Below are positions 38,353-48,689 of a stretch of 64,000 bases of DNA, piece after piece. Where the stretch lies: NCBI GenBank assembly GCA_964562615.1, contig CAZLUD010000001.1:327628-391627 (forward strand), in the 5' to 3' direction. Under the pieces are notes generated by a model that saw only the letters and a list, made by a program, of their open reading frames with translations, had not been told where the DNA came from and searched no databases. The position numbers and the translations under genes were made by a program. Each line of letters opens with the position of its first letter. The stretch's first letter is position 1. This DNA is from an uncultured Candidatus Saccharibacteria bacterium. Its GTDB lineage: Bacteria > Patescibacteriota > Minisyncoccia > Phycocordibacterales > UBA12088.

Positions 38353-38784
38353 ATGCGTTATCACGTACCACAATTTATTGATATCGAAGATAAAGTGGTT
38401 GGACCACTTACCATAAAACAGTTTGTGTACATCGCGGGAGGTGTAGGGTTTGTTGCACTTCTTACCGCATTTATGCCGTGGCAGTGGGCTGCTATTGTGG
38501 GTAGTCCGCTTGTACTCCTTGGATTACTCCTTGCCTTCTATCAAGTAAACAATCAACCTTTTATCGCAATAATGGAAGCGGCATTTTATTACCTTGTGAG
38601 TAAAAAACTCTATCTTTGGAAAAAGAATACTGGGGTAAAAGATGAAGCAAAAGAAATGGTAGGGAAGGAAGCGCTCGTGCATACTCCCTATGTGCCAAAA
38701 GTCTCTAATAATAGACTTAAAGAGCTTGCGTGGTCACTAGACATAAAAGATAAAACTGGTGGTTCAACACTAAATCAATCGTAG
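38353..38784 (+). CDS. PrgI family (VirB3-like) protein
   Basis: VPQFIDIEDKVVGPLTIKQF plus two TMs. Confidence 0.88.
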   Translation: MRYHVPQFIDIEDKVVGPLTIKQFVYIAGGVGFVALLTAFMPWQWAAIVGSPLVLLGLLLAFYQVNNQPFIAIMEAAFYYLVSKKLYLWKKNTGVKDEAKEMVGKEALVHTPYVPKVSNNRLKELAWSLDIKDKTGGSTLNQS

Positions 38785-38785
38785 T

Positions 38786-39430
38786 ATGAAAGAAGTTAAT
38801 AAAAAATCAGGCGCATCACAAGCATTTGTACCCATCGAGGAGGTGCGAGATGGAATTGTCATACTTAAAGACGGCTCATTGCGCGGAGTGTTTATGGCGT
38901 CATCGACCAACCTCGCCCTAAAGGGGCAAGACGAGCAACAAGCTATCCTCACCCAGTTTGGACAATTCCTTGATTCGCTTGATTTTTCAGTGCAATTTTT
39001 TGTGCAATCACGAAAACTTGATATTCGCCCCTATGTCGCCATGCTTGAAGCGCGCTATGTTGAACAAACAGAAGAGCTCATGAAAATACAGGTACGTGAG
39101 TATGTAGATTTCATAAAAACATTTACCGAGGGTGCCAATATCATGACAAAAAGCTTCTTTGTGGTAGTGCCATACGCACCAGCAATTATTGGTAGCGCAT
39201 CATCAATAAATCCTTTTGCAAAAAAAGACGAAAGTGGTGAAGCGTCCAATGCCACCTTTGAAGAGAGCAGGTCACAACTTGAGCAGCGCATGGGCATCGT
39301 ACAACAGGGGTTGCTACGATCTGGAGTACGGGTCGCACAACTCGGAACCGAAGAGGTGATAGAATTGTTTTACAAGATGTTTAACATGGGTGAACTAGAG
39401 CGCCCTATCCCTCTTGATAACAGAGCATAG
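38786..39430 (+). CDS. protein resembling the VirB4/TraC N-terminal region
   Basis: IEEVRDGIVILKDG, NLALKGQDEQ, KSFFVVVP; lies between PrgI and VirB4. Confidence 0.7.
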   Translation: MKEVNKKSGASQAFVPIEEVRDGIVILKDGSLRGVFMASSTNLALKGQDEQQAILTQFGQFLDSLDFSVQFFVQSRKLDIRPYVAMLEARYVEQTEELMKIQVREYVDFIKTFTEGANIMTKSFFVVVPYAPAIIGSASSINPFAKKDESGEASNATFEESRSQLEQRMGIVQQGLLRSGVRVAQLGTEEVIELFYKMFNMGELERPIPLDNRA

Positions 39431-39435
39431 TATAT

Positions 39436-41271
39436 ATGGGACTATTTGATATCTTTAACAAAAAAGGCGACAAAGAGTCGATGGAGGATTACCACATCCA
39501 GCCCGTACTTCCTGCAGAGATGTTTGAAGTTGGCTCTCTTGAGCTTAAAGATGTTATCGCACCATCTGCGCTAGAGATTACCCCCAAAGAAATGAACTTG
39601 GGTGACAAAGTAGTCCGAACATTTTTTGTTATTTCGTACCCGAGCTTTCTCTCTGATAACTGGTTTTCTCCAATTATCAATCTCGATAAAGTGTTTGATG
39701 TCTCAATCTTTGTTCATCCTATAGACACCGCCTCGGTACTTAAAAAGTTTCAAAAAAAGGTAGCAGAGGTACAAAGCCAGATTCAACTACGCGAAGAAAA
39801 AGGACTTGTCCGCGACCCAAAACTAGATAGTGCATATCAAAACCTCGAGGAACTCCGTGATAAATTGCAACAAGCACAGGAGCGTCTGTTTGATGTTGGT
39901 TTGTATATCTCTATATACGGAGACAGTAGGGAGGAGCTTGATAAAATTGAATCAGAGATAAAATCAATTCTAGAAGCGCAGTTGGTCTATTTAAAGCCCG
40001 CACTCTTTCAACAGGAGCAGGGGTGGAAGAGTGTCATACCTATTTCTACCGACTTACTTAGTGTGCATTCAAAACTAAACTCTCAACCACTTTCAAGCTT
40101 TTTTCCTTTTATTTCTTTTGATCTCTCTGCAGATACCGGTATCCTCTATGGTATCAACCGCCACAACTCATCTTTGGTGTTGTTTGACCGATTCTCAATG
40201 GAAAACTACAACTCTGTGGTATTTGCAAAATCTGGTTCTGGAAAGTCCTACACCATAAAGCTAGAGATTTTGCGTTCACTCATGTTTGATACAGACATCA
40301 TTGTTATCGACCCAGAACGTGAGTATGAATATATCGCTGAAGCAACTGGCGGGCGTCACTTTAACATTTCACTTTCATCAGGTCACCATATCAATCCGTT
40401 TGATCTTCCTATACCCCGAGAGGACGAGTCTCCTTCAAACGTTCTTCGATCACACGTGGTATCGCTGGTGGGATTGTTTCGTATTATGCTCGGCGGGCTT
40501 TCTCCAGAAGAAGACTCAATTATAGACAGGGCAATAACCGAGACCTACGCACTAAAAGACATCACCGGTGAACATGACTTTTCAAGCATGAACCCACCGC
40601 TTCTCTCTGATTTTGAACTAGTACTTGCTGGTATGGATGGAAGTGAATCACTTGTACAACGACTCACCAAGTACACCAAGGGTACGTGGGCAGGATTTAT
40701 TAACCGTCCTACCAATGTTGATATCAACAAACGATTCGTGGTGTTTTCAGTACGTGACATGGAAGACGAGCTGAAGACTGCCGCGATGTACATCATCACT
40801 AACTTTATTTGGGCAACCATACGCAAAGAGCTCAAAAAGAGGCTCTTGGTGGTAGATGAGGCGTGGTGGATGATGAAATCAGAAGACACCGCATCATTTC
40901 TCTATGGTATTGCAAAGCGAGGACGAAAATACTATCTAGGTTTGGCAACCATCACTCAAGACGTTGATGACTTTTTGAAAAGCCCATATGGCGTACCGAT
41001 GATCACCAACTCATCTATACAATTACTCCTTAAACAATCTCCAACCTCAATAGGAACAATCCAGCAGGTATTTAACCTTACCGATGAAGAGAAATATCTT
41101 CTTCTTGAATCTAATGTGGGGGAGGGGATATTCTTTGCTGGCATGAAGCACGTAGCGATAAAGATAATTGCTTCGTACACCGAGGATCAGATTATTACCT
41201 CTGATCCGTCACAGCTCCTCTCTATAAAGAAAGCACGCGATGAAAAAAAGGCGTCTGTTGATACGGTATAA
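39436..41271 (+). CDS. VirB4/TraC-like secretion ATPase
   Basis: AKSGSGKS Walker A, VIDPERE, INPFDL, LLVVDEAW, KRGRKY, ITQD. Confidence 0.93.
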   Translation: MGLFDIFNKKGDKESMEDYHIQPVLPAEMFEVGSLELKDVIAPSALEITPKEMNLGDKVVRTFFVISYPSFLSDNWFSPIINLDKVFDVSIFVHPIDTASVLKKFQKKVAEVQSQIQLREEKGLVRDPKLDSAYQNLEELRDKLQQAQERLFDVGLYISIYGDSREELDKIESEIKSILEAQLVYLKPALFQQEQGWKSVIPISTDLLSVHSKLNSQPLSSFFPFISFDLSADTGILYGINRHNSSLVLFDRFSMENYNSVVFAKSGSGKSYTIKLEILRSLMFDTDIIVIDPEREYEYIAEATGGRHFNISLSSGHHINPFDLPIPREDESPSNVLRSHVVSLVGLFRIMLGGLSPEEDSIIDRAITETYALKDITGEHDFSSMNPPLLSDFELVLAGMDGSESLVQRLTKYTKGTWAGFINRPTNVDINKRFVVFSVRDMEDELKTAAMYIITNFIWATIRKELKKRLLVVDEAWWMMKSEDTASFLYGIAKRGRKYYLGLATITQDVDDFLKSPYGVPMITNSSIQLLLKQSPTSIGTIQQVFNLTDEEKYLLLESNVGEGIFFAGMKHVAIKIIASYTEDQIITSDPSQLLSIKKARDEKKASVDTV

Positions 41272-41279
41272 TACGGGGT

Positions 41280-41756
41280 ATGCACGTAGATAACGACAAT
41301 TACAGAATTTCCTCCTTTACAGGAGGCATGATGGTGAGTGTTGCCATGATAACCGACGTGGTGCAAATGGCACTCACCGGGCTACACCTATTTATCCCCC
41401 TCTTTGGGAGTATGCTTTCTATACTTAGTATCTTTGGTATAACCACCCTCGGGGGGCTTATTTTCTTTCTTTGGTTTCATATTCTTGATGTGAGTCAAAT
41501 AGATTCAGCGCTTGATAACCCTGGCGCAACATTTGCCTTTTCGATTGCAGAACTATCGCCGTTTGTTAACTTTCTCCCTTTTATGACTATAAAAGTAGCG
41601 TGGGAGGTATACTCATCGAGGCTTTCAGACAAAAAAGAGATGGAGAAAAGCAAGAAGAAAAAAGCACAACTACGACAACGTCAGTTACAACAGGCGATGA
41701 ATGCTCGTATGTTGGCACAAAATGCAAATAATCAAGTAATTCAAGATGCGAGCTAG
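41280..41756 (+). CDS. hypothetical membrane protein
   Basis: Three hydrophobic segments and a basic tail. Confidence 0.7.
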   Translation: MHVDNDNYRISSFTGGMMVSVAMITDVVQMALTGLHLFIPLFGSMLSILSIFGITTLGGLIFFLWFHILDVSQIDSALDNPGATFAFSIAELSPFVNFLPFMTIKVAWEVYSSRLSDKKEMEKSKKKKAQLRQRQLQQAMNARMLAQNANNQVIQDAS

Positions 41757-41789
41757 AGGAGGGGGGTAAAAAGGTGGTATACTTTTTTT

Positions 41790-42806
41790 ATGATTCGTAT
41801 AGGTATGATGATGGTGATATGGAGTGTGGGGATATTGGTATCTCTTAGTCCTTTACCGTTGCTTGCACAGTCATTTGGTATTGGCATACCATCGCCAACT
41901 ATTGGCGGTTCGCCTCTTACCATGGAAATGTTTCCTCAATACGCACGCCCGGGTGAGTATGTGGAGTTTTCTTTAGTTAGCTCAACCATCGCACTTTCAA
42001 CCGCTACTGTCACCTGGACAGTAAATGGTACTCGAGTATTTTCTGGTGCATCGGCAACAAAATACGTGTATAAAATCCCAGAGAGTACTGATCCATTTGT
42101 GGTGGTAGCAGATGTCTACACAAGAACAAATCAGTACTTTACGACACGTCTTACCGTACAACCATCATCTCTTACCCTCCTCTATGAAGGCGCCACCTAC
42201 GCGCCGCCACTATATGCCGGAAGACCAACACTCTCACCAGAGGCAAGTCTTTCGGTACACGCGATTCCTGCTGTGATAGAAAACGGCATAGAGCTACAAC
42301 CGGATGATCTCTATTTTAAGTGGACCGTGAATGGAAAGTTTGTTTCTGAATTATCTGGACTTGGCAAAAGCTCTGCGATTGTAGCAAACACTGGGTACCT
42401 CCGTCCTTTAGATATTATTGTGGAGGCATCATCAGATAACGGAACCATTGCAGGGGATAGAATAAAAGTGTCGGTAGAAAATCCGTGGGTTGTCTTCTAT
42501 GAAAATGATCCGTTGCTTGGCATTCGCTACGACAAAGCACTTGGAACATACTCGCTAAAAAATGAGGAGGTGACAGTTATTGCAGAGCCCTACCATATGA
42601 GCGCATACAAAAGAAATGATGCTACCCTTGAGTATTCTTGGGGAATCAATCAGGAACGACAGGCAGAAACCACTGCACCGAGCATCACCCTTCGTCCACA
42701 GAGCGATACAGGTAGTGGAATCTCTACCATAGGTGTTTATATACAAAATACCGTCTTCGAACTGCAAAACGTAGCTAATGCATTTAGAATAAACCTCTCA
42801 CAATAA
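41790..42806 (+). CDS. exported protein with about three Ig-like domains
   Basis: Signal peptide; repeated W-T-V-N-G / W-G-I-N strands. Confidence 0.75.
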   Translation: MIRIGMMMVIWSVGILVSLSPLPLLAQSFGIGIPSPTIGGSPLTMEMFPQYARPGEYVEFSLVSSTIALSTATVTWTVNGTRVFSGASATKYVYKIPESTDPFVVVADVYTRTNQYFTTRLTVQPSSLTLLYEGATYAPPLYAGRPTLSPEASLSVHAIPAVIENGIELQPDDLYFKWTVNGKFVSELSGLGKSSAIVANTGYLRPLDIIVEASSDNGTIAGDRIKVSVENPWVVFYENDPLLGIRYDKALGTYSLKNEEVTVIAEPYHMSAYKRNDATLEYSWGINQERQAETTAPSITLRPQSDTGSGISTIGVYIQNTVFELQNVANAFRINLSQ

Positions 42807-42812
42807 TATTGT

Positions 42813-43298
42813 ATGAATGTTGTAACTATACTAAAAGGGCTGCTCATATTCATGGTCACGCTAGTTATCGCGGTACCATCATACGCCCTTGCTGCTGATC
42901 CAATCGAGCCGTTAATTTTCCTTCCACGGATTGTTGGTGATGCATCATCTCCGACAAGCGTAGAGGGGCTGCTTCAAGGATTGTTTCAACTTTCCATTTC
43001 AATCGGTGCGATTTTGGCAGTGATAATGATTGCTGTTGGTGGTATTGAGTATATGGGTAGTGACGCAATATCAAGCAAGCAAGCAGGGAGAGAGCGTATG
43101 TTTAATGCAGTACTTGGGCTAGTGCTTATACTTGGTACCTATGTGATTTTAAATACAATAAATCCCAATCTCCTTAGCTTTGCTATTTTCTCCGCCCCTG
43201 GTAATCAGGTTGAATCTAGAGCTGATTTTCCAACTGAGGCAGTAACAAATCCAGGCAGTGGGCCTACACAGGGGGTACCTGCTGGTACCAGTGGTTAA
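42813..43298 (+). CDS. VirB2/TrbC-like pilin
   Basis: GAILAVIMIAVGGIEYM...NAVLGLVLILGTYVILNTINPNL. Confidence 0.85.
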   Translation: MNVVTILKGLLIFMVTLVIAVPSYALAADPIEPLIFLPRIVGDASSPTSVEGLLQGLFQLSISIGAILAVIMIAVGGIEYMGSDAISSKQAGRERMFNAVLGLVLILGTYVILNTINPNLLSFAIFSAPGNQVESRADFPTEAVTNPGSGPTQGVPAGTSG

Positions 43299-43374
43299 GC
43301 ACTTTGCTTGACTTGCGCTTGGGTCTAATTAGTTGTATAAAATATACAGTGAAAACCTGAAGTAGGAGGTACTC

Positions 43375-43815
43375 GTGTTTAAGGCACTACTGAGGAGTGT
43401 GTTGCTCCTTGCTTTTCTTGGGAGCCCCATTTATGGGGCTGAATACAGCAAAAAACCAATTGTAGTGGACGCACTGGGGGGGAGGATGTTAGGGGTTAAT
43501 GCCCTAACACAAAACGACAACTACATTTGGTATGGGAAAGACGAAGAAGTTCGGGATGTGACGATGAAAGTCATCTGCACTCTCGAACAGGCGAACACCG
43601 AATTTGTGGTTCTTGTCGATCCACAAACTAACAGTGCGGTTGAGGTGCGAGGGCATCACTTCATCTATCTCAAGTATTTTAGGGTGGACGGCATATCCAC
43701 CCACAAGTGCGACAAACGAGTCGTCGCGATCGAGAAGGGTACCTTAAAGAGTATCCTTCAGATAAACGAAGAAAAGCTGCAAATCAGGCAGGTGGCAGTT
43801 GTAGCTACAAACTAA
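43375..43815 (+). CDS. hypothetical secreted protein
   Basis: Signal peptide; AGGAGGT upstream of GTG. Confidence 0.65.
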   Translation: MFKALLRSVLLLAFLGSPIYGAEYSKKPIVVDALGGRMLGVNALTQNDNYIWYGKDEEVRDVTMKVICTLEQANTEFVVLVDPQTNSAVEVRGHHFIYLKYFRVDGISTHKCDKRVVAIEKGTLKSILQINEEKLQIRQVAVVATN

Positions 43816-43971
43816 ATGGGAGGTATCCTCAATGAGGATAACCGGAGGCAGAAGGAGCGCATCGAGATGAAATACGATGCGCTTTTTCAATTATGCCATT
43901 TGGCATACGTTGATAATTACAAACACCCGCACCCTCCACGCGTTAGTAAATCCATGAGATACTACAGCTAC

Positions 43972-45237
43972 ATGGAGGATCTAAAAAAGAAACTTGCCGA
44001 AAATTGGAAGCAACTAGTACTACTCATCATAGTAGTGCTTATACTCATTGCGGTTGCAATGTTTATGTTTTTACGAAGTGACACTAACTCCACCAACACA
44101 ACAGAGACTGGGGTATTTCCACAAGCGGGGGATAGGGGGATTGGCTTTCCTAACACCAACGAGCAAGGCGGTATAAGCAATACACCCGCAACAACCACAA
44201 ACGAGATTCCGCTATTAAGACAATTGTGGAGTAAGCCTGTTTCTGGGGCTGGGTATTTTCGAAGCAATGAAGAGACTCTTGCGGTGCGCTTTGTTGAAAG
44301 AGCTAGCGGCCATATATATGACATACCTACAGATAGCCTTACCGCTACCAAAATACTCAATATTACTATCCCTCGTATTCAACACGCATTCTTTTTTAAT
44401 AACGGAGGAAATCTAATTCTTCAATATCTTAGCGATCTGCATACCAGCATCGAAACCTATAGCGCCACCCTTATACCCGTCTTGGATGATGGAGAAAACG
44501 CTTATTCGCTTGATGGGACATTCTTACCCGCTGACATTACGGCAATAACCCCATCACCGGATGGCAAATCGCTTTCATTTATTCAAAAGAACGAAACCGG
44601 TTCAACACTATATAAGTCGTCACTTGATGCGGGAAGCGCGGTTGAGTTGTTTAGAAGTCCTTTTAAGAGTTGGCGATTAGAGTGGGCAAGTCCAAGTAGG
44701 GTAGTGCTTACCTCTGCACCTCATCCAGGCGCAATTGGTTCCACTTTTGCTATTGCAACAGAAGATGGGGCACTCAAAAGTTTGGTCACCTCTAAGAATG
44801 GTTCATTTACCGCATCAAGTAATGACAACCTTACCTATACTGTTTTCTCTGAAGAGATTGATAAAGTGGTGAGATTGTATGCCTATGACTACGCAAAAAA
44901 GGAGCGCAAGAATCTTAATTTGAGTACATTTATGGATAAATGTGTGTGGAGTAATGTCTCCAACACCACCCTATACTGTTTTGTGCCTAATCAGCTTGTC
45001 ATACCTGGAAACATCTTGGCGTGGAACCAAGGTGGAGGTAATTTTGCTGACAACATGTGGAAGATTGATGTCAGCACTGGAGAAGCCGTACTCCTATACC
45101 AAATTGATAAAGAGTTTAGCAAGTACCTCGATGTAATAAAGCCTGTACTTGCCGATGATGATTCAAGTATTACCTTTATAGACAAAAACGACCTCACACC
45201 GTGGCTCCTTTTATTTAGTACCTCAAAAGGAGAGTAG
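43972..45237 (+). CDS. membrane-anchored beta-propeller-like protein
   Basis: TM helix then beta-rich repeats (SPDGKSLSF); start moved to ATG 43972. Confidence 0.7.
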   Translation: MEDLKKKLAENWKQLVLLIIVVLILIAVAMFMFLRSDTNSTNTTETGVFPQAGDRGIGFPNTNEQGGISNTPATTTNEIPLLRQLWSKPVSGAGYFRSNEETLAVRFVERASGHIYDIPTDSLTATKILNITIPRIQHAFFFNNGGNLILQYLSDLHTSIETYSATLIPVLDDGENAYSLDGTFLPADITAITPSPDGKSLSFIQKNETGSTLYKSSLDAGSAVELFRSPFKSWRLEWASPSRVVLTSAPHPGAIGSTFAIATEDGALKSLVTSKNGSFTASSNDNLTYTVFSEEIDKVVRLYAYDYAKKERKNLNLSTFMDKCVWSNVSNTTLYCFVPNQLVIPGNILAWNQGGGNFADNMWKIDVSTGEAVLLYQIDKEFSKYLDVIKPVLADDDSSITFIDKNDLTPWLLLFSTSKGE

Positions 45238-45261
45238 GGTACCGAGTACGTATACAAGTTA

Positions 45262-45756
45262 TTACACCAGCTCCGCGTCTCCTGTAGGAATAAAGCCGGC
45301 GTTTCGTGGTGTGATAACAATATGTCGATCTCTTCCTTCTCCACGAGATTCGGTTTTTATATCCTTATCTTCAGAAAAGAGGGCGTGTATTATCATGCGT
45401 TCATATGAGCTCATTGGTTGAAGGGGTACTTCTGCTTTTAACGAACGTACTCGCTCTGCGAGCATTTTTACTGTACTGACAAGGGTATCAATCTTATTCT
45501 TTTGGAAGTTGTTCACATCAAGCATGAAATGCCTTCCTTCTTCGCCATATTTCTTCTCTGTTATCCTTTTTACAATATGCGTTAGCGCTTGCAGTGTCTC
45601 ACCGCGCTCACCAACAAGTACTTGATTAGGAGAAGTGACCATCACAGAAGGGTGTATATCTGACGCCTCAACTACCACACTCTCATACTCTGCCCCCATG
45701 GCGGCAAGTACCTCTTCTACTATTGTTTTAAGTTCTTGGGGATTCATACTAGGCAT
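45262..45756 (-). CDS. jag: Jag/KhpB KH-R3H RNA-binding protein
   Basis: VGERGETLQAL, PMSSYERMIIH, SRGEGRDRHIVI; downstream of yidC. Confidence 0.92.
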   Translation of the reverse strand: MPSMNPQELKTIVEEVLAAMGAEYESVVVEASDIHPSVMVTSPNQVLVGERGETLQALTHIVKRITEKKYGEEGRHFMLDVNNFQKNKIDTLVSTVKMLAERVRSLKAEVPLQPMSSYERMIIHALFSEDKDIKTESRGEGRDRHIVITPRNAGFIPTGDAELV

Positions 45757-46471
45757 CGTTCTTTATATGCTTCTTTACATACATCTCTTGGAAAATTTGG
45801 AACACATTACTTGTTATCCAGTACAACGCAACCGCAGCAGGAAGTGCGTATGAAATACCAGTAATAATAAGAGGGAAGACATACTTCATTTGAAGCTGAA
45901 AACTTCGTTGAAAATCATCACTAAATGAAGCGTTATCTTTTCGCTTTGTGATTTCAGGCATCACAATATGCATTTGTATGTATTGGGTGATACCGGTAAG
46001 GAGCGCAAGGAATATATTTCTCTCAGCAACATTAATAAGCCCCAAGAAATTCATATCGATTGTAGCTGGAGTTGGTATAAAGCTATACAGAATGTCAGTG
46101 TTAATACTTGGTAGTCCTCCGCTTGAGAAAACCCAAAAAAGCCCAAGAATGATAGGTATCTGAACAAGAAGAGGGATAAACAATGAAAATGGGCTTATGT
46201 TGTACTCTCGGTAGAGCTCCATTGTTTTAAGGGCAAGTGCTTGCTTATCTTCTTTGTATTGCTCTTTTAGCGCCTCCAGCTTTGGTTGCATGAGACGAAT
46301 TATTTGTTGAGTTTTGGCCGCTTTAAGGGAGATAGGGAAGAGGAGAAACTTTACCGCTAGAGTAAGTACAATAACCGCAATACCAAGCTCTGCGTACGGC
46401 ACCACAGAAACGATTCCCACAAGGGCGTTATATAAAGGGTTATATACTACCGCATTAAATATGTCTGCCAT
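45749..46471 (-). CDS. yidC: membrane protein insertase YidC
   Basis: MQPKLEALKEQYK, LVQIPI, ALYWITSN. Confidence 0.95.
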   Translation of the reverse strand: MADIFNAVVYNPLYNALVGIVSVVPYAELGIAVIVLTLAVKFLLFPISLKAAKTQQIIRLMQPKLEALKEQYKEDKQALALKTMELYREYNISPFSLFIPLLVQIPIILGLFWVFSSGGLPSINTDILYSFIPTPATIDMNFLGLINVAERNIFLALLTGITQYIQMHIVMPEITKRKDNASFSDDFQRSFQLQMKYVFPLIITGISYALPAAVALYWITSNVFQIFQEMYVKKHIKNDA

Positions 46472-46534
46472 TATCCAGCTATTCTAGCTGAATAATGGTA
46501 CTAAATCTACTTGCGCTAATGAGAAAAAGTGCCG

Positions 46535-46867
46535 TTATGCGTGATGTCTATTTATTGACTTACTAACCATACTATCAATCTCTGCTTTAATCTGCTTTTG
46601 CTTTGCCTTGAGTATTCCTTTGTTTGGAAAAACCACATATGATCCCTTGGGTATAGTGTGTAGAATATCCTTAAAAAGACTATATATTCTGCGCTTTATT
46701 ACATGGCGCTCATGTGCCATAGACAATGTTTTTTTAGAAATAACCACAGACATCTTGGTGAGGGTGCCTTTATAGACGCGTATAGTAAGCAAATCACCTC
46801 TATGCGTAGTAGGTGACGATCCCTTCGGGAATTCTTCTCGAGATAGTCTCGAGACAGCTCTTAGCAT
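46535..46867 (-). CDS. rnpA: ribonuclease P protein component
   Basis: SVVISKK...AHERHVIKRRI; position between rpmH and yidC. Confidence 0.85.
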   Translation of the reverse strand: MLRAVSRLSREEFPKGSSPTTHRGDLLTIRVYKGTLTKMSVVISKKTLSMAHERHVIKRRIYSLFKDILHTIPKGSYVVFPNKGILKAKQKQIKAEIDSMVSKSINRHHA

Positions 46868-46876
46868 GAAATGGTA

Positions 46877-47014
46877 TTAAACCGCTAATCTAGCTCTGCC
46901 CTTCATTCTTCTTCGCTTGAGCACTCTGGTGCCTGTTTTGGTCCTGGATCTAACTAAAAATCCGTGAGTGGTCTTTCTTTTTTTGTTTTTTGGTTGGTAG
47001 GTTCTCTTTGGCAT
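46877..47014 (-). CDS. rpmH: 50S ribosomal protein L34 (not in ORF track)
   Basis: [45 protein letters not shown]. Confidence 0.97.
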   Translation of the reverse strand: MPKRTYQPKNKKRKTTHGFLVRSRTKTGTRVLKRRRMKGRARLAV

Positions 47015-47100
47015 ATAAACATCTTATACACATCTTATTAACATAATTACTCATAAATCGCAAGTTTTTATTGCATGAAGAGACAGCTATAATAGGGGAC

Positions 47101-48453
47101 ATGCACACTCAAAACAATAGAGAGCTCTGGCAAAATATCCTTACTGAAATAGAGCTGACTATTCCCGGACCACATTTTAAGACATGGTTTAAAGATACCT
47201 CAATAGTAAAAATAGAAGACGGCGTAGCAACCATTGGTGTTCCTACAGAAGTTGCAAGAGAGTGGCTTCAAAAGAAGCATAGTAAGTTACTTCTTAAATC
47301 ACTACGAAGCCATCTTGATTCTGCTCGGTCTCTTGAGTTTATCGTACATAAATCAAACAAGCTCAAGCAACAAGCACCTACATCACGTAGTCCATTTTTT
47401 GCCCAAGAGTTGCCGCTCGGTGAGCATTACGTAAACAGAAGTGATAACCTCAATCCAAAATACGTATTTGAAACCTTTGTGGTTGGACCATTTAACGAAA
47501 TCGCCTTTTCTGCAGCACAGGGTGTGGTAAAAGAGCCTGGAATTACCTACAACCCATTGTTTATATATGGAAATACTGGATACGGTAAAACACACCTCAT
47601 CCAAGCTATTGGTAATCAAATAAAAAAGCAGAGCCCGAACAGAAAAGTATTCTATGTCACGAGTGAAAAATTCACTATGGATTTTGTAAACGCTCTTCAA
47701 AGCAACTCCGTTAATGCATTCAAAGAAAAGTATCGTCAATATGATGTACTTATCATGGATGATATTCAGTTTTTTGCTCAAAAAGAAAAAACACAGGAAG
47801 AGCTCTTTCACTTGTTTAACTCACTTTATCAAAACAATAAGCAGATAATCTTCTCTTGCGACAAGCACCCAAACTATATTCAGGATCTGGAAGATAGATT
47901 GAAGTCTCGATTTGCACAGGGAATGATTATTGATATATCAGAGCCAGATAGCGAGTCGCGTATCGCCATCCTTAAAACCAAGGCAGCACAACACAATTTT
48001 CACATAGAAGACTCCATGCTTACCTTTATTGCGTCACTTGTAGACGGCAACATACGAGACCTCGAGGGTATGCTTAATGCTGTTATTTGCCAAACACAAC
48101 TACGTGGTAGAGCGCTTAATCCCGGAGAAATAAAACATCTTATCAAGGATAGTTCGAGACCAAAAAGAGCCATCTCTCCAAAGGAGATAGTAAAGCGAGT
48201 AGCGGAGTTTTATGATCTTGAAGAAAATGCTATTTATGAAAAGACAAGAAAGAAGGAAGTAGTTCGTCCTCGACAACTCATTATGTACATCCTGAGAGAG
48301 GATTATAACGTGTCATATCCACTTATCGGTGAAAAGTTAGGAGGGAGAGATCACACCACTGTTATTCACTCATGTGAAAAAATCAAAAAAGATATTCAAC
48401 ATAACAGCGTATTACAACAAGAATTGCAGCATATACGCATGATGTTGAAATAG
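47101..48453 (+). CDS. dnaA: chromosomal replication initiator DnaA
   Basis: YNPLFIYGNTGYGKTHL, DDIQF, RLKSRF, GGRDHTTVIH. Confidence 0.98.
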   Translation: MHTQNNRELWQNILTEIELTIPGPHFKTWFKDTSIVKIEDGVATIGVPTEVAREWLQKKHSKLLLKSLRSHLDSARSLEFIVHKSNKLKQQAPTSRSPFFAQELPLGEHYVNRSDNLNPKYVFETFVVGPFNEIAFSAAQGVVKEPGITYNPLFIYGNTGYGKTHLIQAIGNQIKKQSPNRKVFYVTSEKFTMDFVNALQSNSVNAFKEKYRQYDVLIMDDIQFFAQKEKTQEELFHLFNSLYQNNKQIIFSCDKHPNYIQDLEDRLKSRFAQGMIIDISEPDSESRIAILKTKAAQHNFHIEDSMLTFIASLVDGNIRDLEGMLNAVICQTQLRGRALNPGEIKHLIKDSSRPKRAISPKEIVKRVAEFYDLEENAIYEKTRKKEVVRPRQLIMYILREDYNVSYPLIGEKLGGRDHTTVIHSCEKIKKDIQHNSVLQQELQHIRMMLK

Positions 48454-48689
48454 TGTGGATATATATGTGGATAACAAATGAACAGTACTGTGGAAAAGAG
48501 ATGAATGAGAAAGGTGATAACTCGAGGACAACACAACTAGTACATTTCAAAAATAGGTATACGAGCCGTATGAACACTTATACACAAACATCTATGCATA
48601 AATACCTACCTGTGTAGCTATGGTTAGAAGTTATCCACGTATCCACACCCCTAATAATAAAACTATCTTTATAAGCAAAAAAACTCACT
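48454..48689. other. replication origin oriC
   Basis: DnaA-box-like 9-mers at 48454, 48466 (TGTGGATAA), 48489, 48578 (TTATACACA), 48631 and 48639, then CCCC-TAATAATAA (DnaA-trio-like). Confidence 0.85.

Noticed and set aside
27053-45237. Conjugative ICE or plasmid integration
   Set aside because: No relaxase, coupling protein, integrase or flanking att repeats are visible, and the locus is contiguous with core genes.
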